Origin: Lama glama
Taxonomy: Eukaryota
Assembly (NCBI GenBank): GCA_028534125.1
Contig: CM052816.1
Coordinates: 59,212,001 to 59,276,000, forward strand
Direction: 5' to 3'
Length of the DNA stretch: 64,000 nt
This document shows, in pieces, positions 25,538 to 38,440 of this stretch. Below the pieces are notes generated by a model. It saw only the letters and a list, made by a program, of their open reading frames with translations. It ran no database searches and was not told the origin of the DNA. The position numbers were made by a program, and so were the translations under genes. The stretch's first letter is position 1. Each line of letters starts with the position of its first letter.

Positions 25538-26004
25538 TGTGGGGACCACTCAGACCCCCAGAGGTGGCATAAAGACAATTTTAAAGACAAAACATTTTAG
25601 CTAAAGCAGACAAAGAAAGAAATTTTGTCTAACTGGCCCTTATCTGATGACTACAGAACCTCCAGAAAATACAACTGTGGTTAATCCCCCTCCTTCAGGA
25701 GTTTCCTGCAAATTCAGCTGCCATGGAGACACACTGCCCATTCCCTTAACATCACAAAGCCCCAAAGAACCTTCTCTACCTTTCCACTGAAGCCCTAAAT
25801 ACCACCATCATCATCCCTTTGTTAAATTTGGTACACATACCTTTTAATTCCGGGCTATTGAGTGAGTTCCTCATCACTGAGTACGTCCACCTGTGTATAT
25901 AAATAATCCTTGTCTTCTCCTATTAGTCTGTCTATTGTTAGATAATTTGCAGGCTCCCAACCACTAAATGCTAGTTGGAAGAAGAAAAGTTTTCTTCTTC
26001 AACA
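25538..26004 (+). repeat. 5' LTR of provirus
   Basis: TG...CA; aligns by eye with 33238-33707. Confidence 0.85.
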
Positions 26005-27567
26005 GTTCAATAGTTTGGTGATAAGGACAGGACGTTGGGGCACCCTGCTCAATCTGTAGCTAAGATTTTGGGACCTCTGATCAAGCTGACAGGCAAGTTT
26101 CCTTACCAGCTAGACTCTTGGATCTCCCAGGGTCTGGTTAGGCAGTAAGAGCCTCTCCTTTTCTTTTCTTTCCAATGTTTAGATTAGCAGGAGAAACACT
26201 TACACAAACTAGTTCTTTGTATATTGTGACTCTTGGCTTAAGTAATCTTATTATAAATTCTTTCTCTCCCAGGGATAGCCACTGTGTCCTATCTGTTCAT
26301 CTTGTTTTGTGTCCTGAGAGCTTGGTTTGGATCTAGTAAGAGCATTCAGTCTGTCTGCCAGGAGACACAGATTTTTGGATCTGTGCTCAGACGAAGCCAA
26401 ACTTCGGTTGAGGGCATGAGAACTGATAGACTGCAGGACAAACATGTGAGTAGACCGGCACCCTCTTTGTGGTTGCTGTCCTGATAACCATAGCCAGTTC
26501 TTAATGCATTCGTCTTAGTCTAGATAAAGGGCCTCAGCCCATAAAGGCCTCATCCTCTGTTTCCTTGTTGCCTTGCTTGTGTTGGGGAGTCCCATCCCAG
26601 TATCACCTGCCTGGTGTCACAGATAGGAAGGTCTGTAATTGAAGACATCTCACTTTTGTGGGAAAGCAGAGACACAAGTTTTCACAAACACCATTCTCAT
26701 CACCTATGACAAATGAAATTCTTTGCTTTTCTTCCCTTTGGCTACAGTTAGGAGTAACTTTAAATTATGGGGCTTTGTCTTCTGCACCCTTTAAGGGGAT
26801 GACTCTTGTGCCCACAGCTAAGTCACAGAAAGGCTATTTGACTTTGAGTCACATTTTCGAATAGATACCTTTGGAGATCCTAAATCGTCAGTGGTCAGAC
26901 AACAGAGCCTTCGATTTGGAAAAGATTTTATGTTTGAAAGAATTTTTAGAGAACTCTCATTCTAAACAAATATCCTATTGCCAATATGGAGAGATCAAAT
27001 TGAAAGAAGGACATAAAAAAAGCTTACAGCTAGCTTAAAAGGCTTCCTTAAGGAATGGAAATCAGATTTAGAACAAAAATTAAGATCTTCTTCCACCATA
27101 AACTCTCCTTCATCACTCTGCACCTACAAATGGCCCACTTGGAAACTGATATTCAGGGCCTGATAGGAGCTATTATGGAATCCTTCCCTCTGAAGGTTAA
27201 TGCGATTAAAATGGAATGATGTACTCAGAGGGAAGGGATACATCCTAAAGCCTTTGTTGAATGACTTATAGAAACATTCCAAAGACACAGAGCTCTAAAT
27301 CCAGAAGCCTTGGAACGTAGGAATCTTGGTTTCTGCCTTAATTGGAACTCTCTCTGATATAAGTAAGAAATTCAAAATAATGTAGTTGGATGGGTAGGCC
27401 AGATCATTAATACTACTATTAAGTCTGTCACTCAGTTTTGAAGAATTAAAAATATCTGTCCTTGCCTTACTAATCAAGTCTTTACAAAATCAGAAATAGG
27501 ACTCTAGAAGTACCCAGGGCTCACCCATCTTTCTTACCAATTCCAAAGCCTCTCCTGTTTATCTCAA

Positions 27568-27627
27568 GATACTCACAGATACTTTAAAAAGTCAGGACAT
27601 TGGAAAAGGAACTGTCCTGGACTTCAG
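27568..27627 (+). pseudogene. gag: Degenerate gag nucleocapsid zinc-knuckle remnant
   Basis: Translates DTHRYFKKSGHWKRNCPGLQ, a decayed CX2CX4HX4C knuckle retaining GHWKRNCP. Confidence 0.7.
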
Positions 27628-28444
27628 AAAAAGAAACACTTAAATAATAATTGCCCTAGGCCTCAGCCTCCTCAGTCAGGCTCCTCTGAACCCTTTTCTC
27701 AACTAGGCCTCAGCCTGGGCCAGTTAAAAACTATAGACTCTCAATGCAAATAATTCTGTCCTCCCACCTCATTCCCTCTCCACCCCCTTTAAAATGCCTC
27801 TCGCAAAATCTCAATGTTACCAGGTGAATTAACTGTCTGTCCCAGCCAAAATCTGGTAATAGGCAAACTGCCCCCTGAAAACCCTCTTAGAGCAGTTTCT
27901 GAAAAAGGTTGCATTCTTCCTCTCTCTCTTTAAGATGTAAATCTTCTACTACCCAGAGCTGTCTTCTCCAGGACCTTCAAGACATCTCCTTAAAATGCAA
28001 AGAGTCAAGGAGATAGCTCGGGTGCTCAGTCTGAGGGGTGCCTTGCTCTTACTTGTACTACTACTTCCTGTCATAAAATATGAGAAACGCATTTCTCCTC
28101 TTGGTAAGAACCAATTAATACCCCCTCTTAATAAGCCCCCAGTCTACTAAATCAGCCACCTGAGGCTGAACTGCAGCCTGCGTATCATTACCTGTCAGGG
28201 CAAAAAAAAAAAAGATCTTCAAGGTCTGCCCCACAAATATTGATAAATAGCTTTAGCCCTTATGTTGAATGACTAACAGCTCATTCCATGTGCCTGAACC
28301 ATAACTGAATAAATAGTGGGGCATGAGACAAACACTAACTCTTACATAAACTAATAAATGTTATATTACTGTGAAAGCTGCAAGATCTCTATTTGTGTCT
28401 GCAAGTGTGCTTATGAATGTCTATGTATGTATGCTATGTGTAAG

Positions 28445-29049
28445 TGTCACCAGAGAGTAGGTTATTGTCTCATCACAGAAGGAATTCAGAAACAAGACAC
28501 TGAGGTAAAGAAAGTAAAATAAGGATTTATGAAGCAATAAGATGCTCTTAAGGGGAGAGCGGGCAGACTCAGGTGAGTATCTGCCCTGAGTTTCTTTGGA
28601 AAGCTGGTTGTATGTGATGTAAAAATGAGTGGGCAGAATATTCACTAGGGAGAGGGGTTTGGGGTTGTATTTCTTGATTTTCATCCCAGGTCCACCTTCT
28701 TGAGGGGAGTAGGGATTTTTTTGTTCTTATTTAGTCTAGATCAGAAGTGTCATGTCGGTACATGATGGATGCTTCTTATCTGCAAGGCTAAATTTATTGT
28801 AATTAGGGCATAATGAGCAAAAGGTTACACTTGAATGCTAGAGATTCTTCCCTTTTCCCACCCTTCTTTGTCTGCCTCCAAGACACTTATCACCCCCATA
28901 ATGTGTGATCTCCCATCAGTCTGGAGGTTCCTGCTGTTCTTTGCCCAAGGAAACCCATTGTTCACAAGATGTATGGTTTCTTGCCATTTGGCCCGTGCCC
29001 CTGTTATCTAGCTACTCTGCTCATATCTAGCTACCTGCTTGCTCTAACA
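28445..29049 (-). mobile_element. Solo LTR nested in the provirus
   Basis: tgtcacc...ctctaaca termini; near-TSD taag/tagg; composition differs from the flanking AT-rich internal sequence. Confidence 0.75.
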
Positions 29050-29904
29050 TAGGTGATATTTTCTTACCTCTGGATGATATTGCCAAATTAATTTATAAAA
29101 TTCCTTAAAAGAATTTTAAGCTCTACTTTAATTAGATTAAAGAAAAATAAAAATTTATATAAATGAAATATTTCTAAAACTCAGAAATCCAAATATTTTT
29201 TCATATTCACATGGTTTAGGTAAATCTTTGGTAAATCTTTTTTCGTATTCATATGATTTAGGTTAATCTTTAGTAAATAAGATTAGTTTAATATTGTTGG
29301 TTTAAGAAAAACAACTGTGTCTTCTGAATTATCAGCATTATGATACAAGCATGTATTTTCAGACTATGTGGGTTTACTAATCAAATAAGCTGTTTACTGT
29401 CTGTTTAAGATGATACAACTTACTGATTTTAATTTAATCAAATTGAATCATTGCTCTTATAAACTTTACTTCAACAATAATTGTGTTTTATTATCTGTCT
29501 GCTGAGAAATAGTTTCCAAAATCTTTTTGGTAACTTGAAACCTTAGAGTTGTACTAAGTTCAATGGCAGATATCCATTGAATATCTAGATCATTTCTAAA
29601 TAATCTAAAATACTAGAACATTATTACTAAATATAGCTTTAAGTTTACCTACTTTTGTCTTCTTATTTATATAGGGAGGCTGAAGATATTTAGTTCTATT
29701 AATAAAGATGATTTTTTTGTCATATTGAGAAATCGTACTATGAGGAAGCATATGTCTCTAGAAACTGAGATGATGTATTGATACATTTGCTAATCTACTA
29801 CACAGTGCTGATATATGACAGACAGTTCACAATCATCTGATTTTCTCTGGAAAATAAAGGTTACTAAGGGTTGAAAATTATACTCAGTATAGGTAAATGA
29901 AGAT

Positions 29905-30548
29905 TATATAGGAAAATGGGGCACACGAGGATGCCTGTGTCCCAGGTCTTGATTGAGTCCCTGGGATGCACCCCACCAAGTGAGGGTCCTTGGCTTCATG
30001 CAGGAAATTATTCAAGTATGAGCCATTGTTGAGGAAAGTAGATTTATTCAGAGAGATGCACACTCCATAGATTAAGTATTGTCCATCTCAGAAGGCCAGA
30101 AGGCCACAGAGGCCACGAGGCATGGGGATGGTTGTTTAAAGTGAAAGCAGATACACACTCCATAGACAGATTGTGGGACACTTCTCAGAAGGCAAGAGAA
30201 AAGCCACAAGGTGCAAGGTTGATAGTTTTTATGAGCTCGGTTGTTTCATATGCTAACAAGCAAGAGATTATTCCAACTACTTTGGGAAGTTCCCAGGAAC
30301 TGGGCCACTGGCCTCCTTTTGACCTTTTGTGGTCTGCCGAGGAGCGGTCATGGTGCCTGTGGGAGTGCTGTTTACCATGCTAATATATTACAGTGAGCGT
30401 ATCACGAAGCTTGGGGTCTACTGGGAGTCAAATCTCCTGCCATTTTGGGTCTCAAGGTCCACTGGGAGTTGACTCTCCTGCCATCTGGGTGGTAATTGCT
30501 GTGTCGTTCTTTTAATGGTTGTGCCCTGCCCCCTTCCCTCCTGTCTCA
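29905..30548 (-). mobile_element. MER41-like solo LTR nested in the provirus
   Basis: Minus strand starts 'tgagacaggagggaagggggcagggcac'; contains 'gagggtccttggcttcatgcaggaa' and 'ggtcatggtgcctgtgggagtg', as I recall for cetartiodactyl MER41-like LTRs; left boundary approximate. Confidence 0.7.
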
Positions 30549-33237
30549 GAACTACTAGAAATAGTAAGGGTAAAAAAAGAAAACTCTTAATACAAAGTAT
30601 TCAAGAAATGTAGGGTTGTTTTTGTTAAGGAAAAATAAAAAGAGTAATTCTGTCTTGGAGTAGTTGTTTAAAGATTGTCCCAGAGTGAGAAAGAGAAAAA
30701 TGAGAGACAAAAACATGAATAAATATAGCAAGTTTTAAAGGTTGGGGGAGGGGGCCATTTGACAGGGCACAGAGGGAGAATCTTACCTCATGTGGTCAGG
30801 CTGGCTAAGATTGAAAGGATTTACTATAGCATTTTTAAATGAATTTTAGTATCAATAGTGTGCTGATACAAAACTAGAGTTTGGTTTTCTCTCTCTTAAA
30901 AAGACAAAGTTTCTTGGATTGTCGGTCTGTTCTTAATAAGAAATTGTAAAACGTTCTCTTTACTTTTCAAGTTATCTCCTTAGGAAACACAGATTCTGTG
31001 TCTTATTGGAATAATTTCTAGTGTTTTATCTTTGATTATTTAAGAAGGCTAAGTCTTTTTCCTCAAAAAACTGACCTGTGATTCTGTTTAATCAGATGTT
31101 CAAACCTGTTGACATTTTGGACAGCTTCCCCAAATCAAACTCTAAATGAAATCTTCTTGACCTGAGACTGACTTTGAGACTTTCCAGGGGGCCCCTGGAA
31201 AATTTCAAAGGATTTGTCTTCTCCCCTTGTAAAAAGAGAGAGATTTAACTAATTAAATTTATTTCATAAGTTGAGTTGCATGGGAAGCATTGTCAAATGG
31301 GAAGAGGTGCTTAACCTTTCCTAGGTTATATTTGTATCCCTAAATGGTACTGATATAAGTGCTTCAGAAATTCTGTGAAGTTTCTAGAAATTTGTCAATG
31401 CCTTCATTGTCTAGGATATGTCCTGATGGACTATTATCAGTCATAATTCCACTTATTACCTTAAAATAGTGTATGTCACAAAAACAATCATATTTGTCAA
31501 TTACATTATTTTTTCTAATGAACTCTCATCAAACTTAACAGTGGACATGTTCCCTTTTTTGTCATTCATACATAGTTTTTGTTTTATTCTGATGCTTTCC
31601 TAAAAGTTGTTGCAATCAGCTACAAGCCAGAATACTTTGTCTCAACAAAAGGGATGTCTCAGAGAACCACAGAAAGGTCTATGACAGTTCTCTGGAATAT
31701 AGGCCTCTGATGGCATTGCTTAAATAAATTTCAGATCATACTACTGGACTGAATAAGGATTTCCAGAACTCTAGTGGAGAAACGGATGAGTTCACAAAAC
31801 TGTTAGGCCAGGATTTAGTGGAACAAGATTTATTATGTGGGACTGAATGAATAGATGAAAAGTGATTATAATTCTTATGATTTGTTTGTTTTGAATATTG
31901 CTGGATGTTAAATGTTTTGTTTTTCTGGATATAGGGAACCCCTTTCTATTTTCTCCTAAGCTATCTATAACTTAAAACAATTTAGTAGATTATATCTTTG
32001 AAAAAAAAAAAGAACCATTTATCTTTTTCTTCCTACCTGATCCCTCCAGAATTCAGAAACTCTTACTGAGTATTCTTATCCTCATTGCAATAGAGTTGCT
32101 TACCTAAGTTCAGTAACAGTCTTTTCTCTTTATAACAGGACATAATTGAGGAAATTAGTTATAGCACCAAGGCTTTAACTGGAATGTCATATTTGAGATT
32201 CATGTGTATATACTCAGATATGATCAGACAGTTTTCAGGAATTAAGACTAACTAATTTATGAAGCCAATGTTTACACAACCCTTTTGGAAAAACTGGTCT
32301 GGTACCTGGCTTAAAGTTTTCCCAGACTTTATAGATGAGTAAGGAAGGTCACTTTCTGACAGGCCCAAGAACTTTAGAATATTTCGGGGATCTCAAGAAG
32401 ACAAGATCACCAAATCGATAGATACTGCAGATGAAGTCTGGTAAGTCCACGGCTTGGCTAATAAGCATCAAAAGGCTTTTGAAAGTCCAGTCTGAGATTC
32501 CTTGTAAAAGTTCCAGCATAGCAAACTTTAAAAGGCCTATACAGTCCAATTACCAATCTTGCTACACTCACTTAAATGATCAGGCCAAATTTAATGAGAC
32601 TAGCCTTATTTTGTAAATGAGTCATCTTACTTCGATAATCTTTGATCAAAATGGGGGTGATTGTAGAAAGAAATTTTATGTTTCAGTGGAAAATAATAAC
32701 CTACCCTTGTATGTTACCAGATTTGAGTCCTGTTCACTGTCTTTAAGCTATTTTTCATCTCTTTGTAAACTCTACCTGCTGTCTTACACATTTTATTGGT
32801 ACATAACATATCCAGTTTTTCCCCCACTCTCCTGACTTGGCATCACTGAGAACTACAACCACCTTCTTCCTGAAGCCCTACAAGCTAAAGCTGAACAATG
32901 TGTTATAACTTCAAAGGATTTATTACTGCAACAGTGTGGGCTACTCAGAAAATTCACCAGAACACCTGCATCTTCCATGCTCTGCTCCAGGAAATAGCCA
33001 TGACTGTGACATGGCCACTACCATCCTCATAAAGATGCTTCAAAACCCAACATTTAGAAATCTTCTTGACTGGCTGCCCTCTGGACCCAGAAACTGCTCC
33101 AACTATTAATCTTTGTTTTTCTGTCCTTTGTATCTCTCTTTCCTTGCAAGTCCAATCTGAATCTCTCTCCATAGCAATCAGCCTAGCCTCTTTTTTTTTT
33201 TTTTTGAAACTTCTAGGGAAGTTTCAGGTGGGGGAAA

Positions 33238-33707
33238 TGTGGGGACCCTTAGGGTTGATTTTAATGGGAAAACATTTGCACTGAAGAAGATACAGAAGGA
33301 AATCTTACCTCAACTCTCTTTATCTGACTGAAGCATAGCTTTCAGAATATACCTGCCATTAATCTCCTGCCCCCTACCCCACCCCCCTACCTCCAACCCT
33401 GGGTATTTCCTATGAATTCAGCTGTCATGGAAACAGACTACCCATTGCCATCAGCATCAAAAGGTCCCAGAGAACCTTCCCTACTTTCTCACTGAAGCCC
33501 TAACCACCACGACCCCTTTGTTAAGTTTGATATATAAACATTTTTATCCCTGTCTGTTGAGTGAATTACCTGTCACTGAGTAGTTCTGTGTGTAGGCATA
33601 AGTAAGTCTTGTCTCTTCTCCTGTGAACCCATCTATTGTTAGTTAATTTGCAAGCCACCAACCACTGGACCCAAGTTGGAAGAAGAAAAGTACACCCTGC
33701 CCCAACA
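33238..33707 (+). repeat. 3' LTR of provirus
   Basis: Follows the polypurine tract; homologous to the 5' LTR. Confidence 0.85.
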
Positions 33708-34204
33708 GTTCCTCCCTACTGACTCAGGATGGCTCCCTGATGAAAGCAGCATTCACCGCCACAACTACAAAATTGTCTAATCCTATACACATGTATGCAT
33801 ATGGGCATGCGTGCACTTACAGAGTGGGCAGCTCAGCAAGTTGTGACTAAATGTCCTTAGGAATTTCCTTGGTGAGTCAAAGCTTATTAAAGTAGAAACA
33901 CTTCCCAGAAGATCAGAAATCTATCTTCAAACCAAGCTCCTTCCCCTGCTGGTTGCATCATCAAGCCAGGCAGCTTAAAATAAATCATCTATTAAAAGTG
34001 AACCAATTACCAAACTCACCTTCCAACACTTCCAACACTAGTTTTGGGAAATGGACTGGAAGGACTCCTTCAATGGTAACTTGACCGTGCTCTCCCTGAT
34101 AACGTCATCTTGGAATGTTGGTAAACTTCTTTCAGCACTGCTTTCAAACTGCTTCAGGGAGAAGATAGTCGTCTAATTTAATGACAGAACTTAATGAGAG
34201 ACAG

Positions 34205-34400
34205 TTGTGAGCTCTGGTGTCTGATGAACTGGGTTCAACTCCCAACTCAACCATTTCTTAGCTTTGTAACCTTGAATCATCCTTTAGCTTCCTTGAGGCT
34301 GCCTCAGTTTCTTTATTGGCAAGGGGGAGGGGAATAACTCTTAACTTGCAAGATTTGGGGCGAGGATAAAATGAGATACGCATACACTTAATCTTATTCC
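34205..34400 (+). mobile_element. MIR fragment
   Basis: 'ctgggttcaactcccaactcaaccatttcttagctttgtaaccttg...gaggataaaatgagat'. Confidence 0.7.
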
Positions 34401-37400
34401 TGGCTTCTTTAAGGTGCTTTCAAAATCATTCAGGACACAGATTAGTGCTCTGCAGGCAACAGTGACATAGCTCTTCCCTACATCATATCTTATACTCTAA
34501 TCCATTTACTTCATTTTCTTCACCTGTTCTCTTGCTTCCCTTATTCCTGGAAAAAGACCTTACAAGCTTTCTGTGAATAGAAAGCATATTCTTTTTCCTA
34601 TGAAAATCAAATAAAAAAATTTTAGAGTATGTTTATTTTTGGTCAGTTAAAAAATAATAATAACAATAACAAGAACAATGACAATTTCCTGTTTAATTTT
34701 GTGAGGATTTTCTAGATTTCCCTTTAGGTTGAATCTGGTGGACATGAGCTGTTATGGAGTCTGAGTCTCCTTGTCTGTCCTTTTCTTGCATGGATAAATC
34801 TCATCATGGCTGGCTCTACCCACCATGACCTGAGCCACCCTGAGTCTGGACTGACCGCACTGGGCAGTAAGCAGTCCAAGATCTTTCTGGTCAGGGCTTG
34901 GCAGCATGAATGGAGGGAGATGCCAACATTGTTGCCAAGTGGATGGCTCATATTTTCCATCTTTGTCTTTGTGGATGGCAGTCATGTGCTCCCCCTGGTG
35001 CCCAATTGTGCAACAGATACCAGAGGCACTGAGCCAGACCAGGGGCCCAGGATGATGTTAGGCCTTCCTGATGGGTATGGGCCTGGGTTAGAAGAGGAGA
35101 CATGTGTTCAGCTTGAATAATCAGTGATGGCAGGTTAGACTAAGACTTGGTTGGGTAGATAAAATCAGGAACAGAGGCTGAGAATGGCCCTAGAAATGGC
35201 AAGAAGGGGTTCAGAATGAAGAACTGGGGCTGGTGCTGGTTGCAGAGGTGGGGTGTGGGCCTCTGATCAGGCTCCAATGAGGAAACTGAGGAGATAGGTA
35301 ACGTCAAAGCTTCGAGCTGACAGCTATAACCAAGATCATTCCAGATGCTTCCCAAGGGGCATGTGGTGCTGATGGGAGCTTCCATTTACCAAAGTGTGGC
35401 TTAGAATTTCTCTTGGCAGCTCCACTCTGGGGCAGTCTGTTTTCTCTAAGACCCAGTTTGTGATGGACAGTGCAAAGAGGCACTGTTCCATTGGCACAAA
35501 AGCTGAATATTCTTTGGGCCAAGGCCACTGAATCTTTCTAGATAAGTAGTACTGTCTTCTGAGCTAAAATCTGAGGCAAAGACTAGGATTTTCTCTGTCC
35601 ATTCATAAGTCCCTACCTTTCTCCATGAGACATCTAACCAGTCTTGATATGAGAAAATCAGTGCTTTAAGAAAAGTGTTTTTCAACTCTTGTGTGTACCT
35701 GTGTGAGAGTGATATCTATGGTGACTTTTAGAGAGTAATCACCGGGCTAGATCTATATCAAGGAAGTATATCTACTACACTGAACACTTACCCTGTCTAT
35801 AAGCCTTTCTATCCATAATACTCCAGAAAGCATAAAAACAGTTATTAACAGTAAGTATCACCGTCAGAGGTTATCAACAGTTGTCAAAATCCTTTGAGTT
35901 CCCCTAGTTCACTTACCAGTCCCAGACTTGGGGTTTTCCTGACCTGTGCTTGGTCTCTCAACCAGATTTATAAAATCCCTAGGGCTAGGGGTATAAGAGG
36001 AGGTGAATGATGAGGTGTCATCTCTGTGAGTGCCCAGCCCTCTGTTGATGGGGCCCATGTCCCTCAGGGCTTCCTATACCTTCTGGAACTCTTTCCAGAA
36101 CTCCTGCAACTCTCTTGAGTCTTTTAAGAATCCCTGGAAAGGAAAAGATCCCTGGTCTAGACAGCAGGCGAGGCCTTTCCTTGCTGTAGAGATATGGGGT
36201 CAGGAAGCTTCTGTGACCTCGTTGGTGGCGATGTCCACACACAGAGTAAAAATGAGCTTTGTGGGAGTGCAGGAATCAGGGCTCAGATATCCTGAAACAG
36301 TAATACATCTTTTCTAAGAACCTCTCATCCTGACACAGAGGCAGCCATCACTGACCCAACGCTCTGTGGCCCAGCCTTACCCCAACCAGGTGTCCTTCCT
36401 TCCAGAGGGAGAGGCAGCCTTCCCAAATGACCACACCCTACTTCCTATAACCATACCCCAGTTCCCTAAGGCCGCCAGGCCACCTGCGCTTTCCCTTGAT
36501 TAACTTTCATGAGACTCTAGAACACATTATAGATGCTAAGTGCATAAATTAAAAATCTGCATGTGATATTTTCTTCACTGGCAAATGAAGCCCTGGTCTA
36601 GATACAGGGGAAAAAAGTTGGCTTTCCAGTAGATCTCAAAACAAAACAAAACAACTAGATGAATATAAATAAACAAAACCTTGGCTTCTTCAAGTTTTGC
36701 ATATAAATAACAGACCTTGAAATTTTTTAGCAGAAATGTCTTTGCACATATCAAAGCAAGATACAGGTGCTTGAAGCCTGTATTGAATACTGGAATATCT
36801 TCAGAATCCGAGGTAACATGCAATGTAGGGTAAAGGGGAGTTTTCACATACCTTTGGCTCATGTGGAAATGATCTCATCTATCTGGATCACAGCCACCTA
36901 CAAAGCACTTCTTAGATTGAATTATCCAGGAGATTGCCTTATCCCCCCAACATACTTTCCATGTATAGAAGTATCTTAACACTAAATGCTAATGCCGTTT
37001 TGTAAAATTGAACTTGAGCCCTTATAAGCATTTTGCAAATCTATAGTTTGACTTGCATGTCCTGGAATTTTTTTATTTTTTGTAACATTGTTTTGAAAAA
37101 GATTCTCTCAGTGTTGATGCGTGTGGCTGAGCTCCCCGGGGAATAATCTGGCCTCCAGCAACTGCTCACTCCACCCCCAGTAGGAGCTTGAATAATGACT
37201 GAGTGACAAAGTGTCCCATTCAGTTATTATTCAACTATATTAAATTGCTAAAGTTGGTAATTGGAGCATATCTTATTACGAAGGCAAAAGTTCAACATTT
37301 TTCCCCAGGCACGATAGGCTTGCACATTTAAAAACTTCTGGTCTGGTAAGGAATACGATGTCAGGGCATGGAGCGTGAAACAAATTAAACAGGGAAGGAT

Positions 37401-37899
37401 AGGTTAACCAAACCTGAGCGAGATTACCAGGCATTACCTTGAAGATATTCACCAATCTCAAACCTTCCATAAAGGGTTGCAAGAGATGAAGTGGGAGGGA
37501 ATCTTGAAAATATATCAATATTCCCAGTGTCCGTTGGGCTTAAACAATTTAAAAACTATCATTGAAAATATTATACTAGGAACTGATATCTAGACAGTAA
37601 ACACTGGTTTTTATATTACATATACTCTGTGTCCGGATGGGTTGTTGGATGAGTTGGTGCCCAGACAATACTGATTAGTAAATATTTTGAAATACCACCA
37701 GATTGTGTTAAAACCCACTTGGGTCCATAGCTGTAGATTATTTGCTGGAAGCATCATTTGGGGAATGGAGGAAGGGTCTGATTTTCTCTAAAATGGCTAG
37801 TGAAGGAGCAGTTTTACCAAGACAGTAAGAGCTTCAGGTACCTGCTTGGATGTGGTCACCCCAAGGTACTGCTTCAAAGAACAGGAAATAAGTATTTTG

Positions 37900-38440
37900 G
37901 GAACTACAGTGTGCCCGCCAGAGGTGCCTCATCAGAAGACTCACGTGGGGCACTTATTTAAGAATCTAGATTCCTAGATGCTTTCACTGGGACTTTGGTT
38001 ATGATGTCTGAGCTAGACTTAGGAATCAGTATTTCTAGTAAGTGTACCAATGATTCTTATCGTAAGGCAAACACTATTCAACCATCGATTTTCATTCATG
38101 ACACTATCATTCATTCATTCTTTTATTCAGTTCTTTATCACTCAGTATGGTATTTCTCAAAGTGATTTTCTTAGATTCCCTACATCAAAATCACCTAGAG
38201 AGTTTGATCAAAATCTAGATCTTAGGCTGCATCACAAATCTACCATGTAAGAATCTCCAGAGGTAGGACTCAGAAATCTGCATTTTAAATAGACATTCAA
38301 AGTGATTTTGTTTTTTTAATGGAAGTACTGGGGATAGAATTCAGGACCTGGTGCATGCCAAGTGTGTGCTCTACCACTGAGCAATACCCACCCCTATATA
38401 TGCCCCACGTGATTCTTAAGTAATAAAGTTTGAGAATCTT
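37900..38440. mobile_element. MER5A/B hAT MITE fragments
   Basis: 'catcagaa...acttattaagaatctagattcct', 'agaatctccagaggtaggactcagaaatctgcattttaa', 'aaagtttgagaatc'. Confidence 0.6.
38307..38394 (-). mobile_element. Second vic-1-type tRNA-derived SINE, inserted in MER5
   Basis: Reverse complement reads ggggtgggtattgctcagtggtagagcacacacttggcatgcaccaggtcctgaattctatccccagtacttccattaaaaaaa; 'gtgatt' occurs on both sides. Confidence 0.85.

Larger units (their letters stand above)
25538..33707 (+). mobile_element. Decayed non-autonomous ERV1 provirus (MER4/MER34-group-like) with both LTRs
   Basis: Homologous LTRs at 25538-26004 and 33238-33707 (both start tgtggggacc, share 'aattcagctg.catgga', 'cactgaagccctaa', 'agttggaagaagaaaagt', end aaca); PBS-like 26016-26033; polypurine tract 'aggtgggggaaa' before the 3' LTR; AT-rich internal region without pol. 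Confidence 0.85.

Noticed and set aside
29198..29280. ~41-bp tandem duplication inside the ERV (similar short duplications near 1215 and 11729)
   Set aside because: Two-copy slippage duplications without spacers; not an array.
34014..34180. Minus-strand exon ending GAAG|gtgagt
   Set aside because: Good donor but weak acceptors, and the longer version has stops in all three frames.
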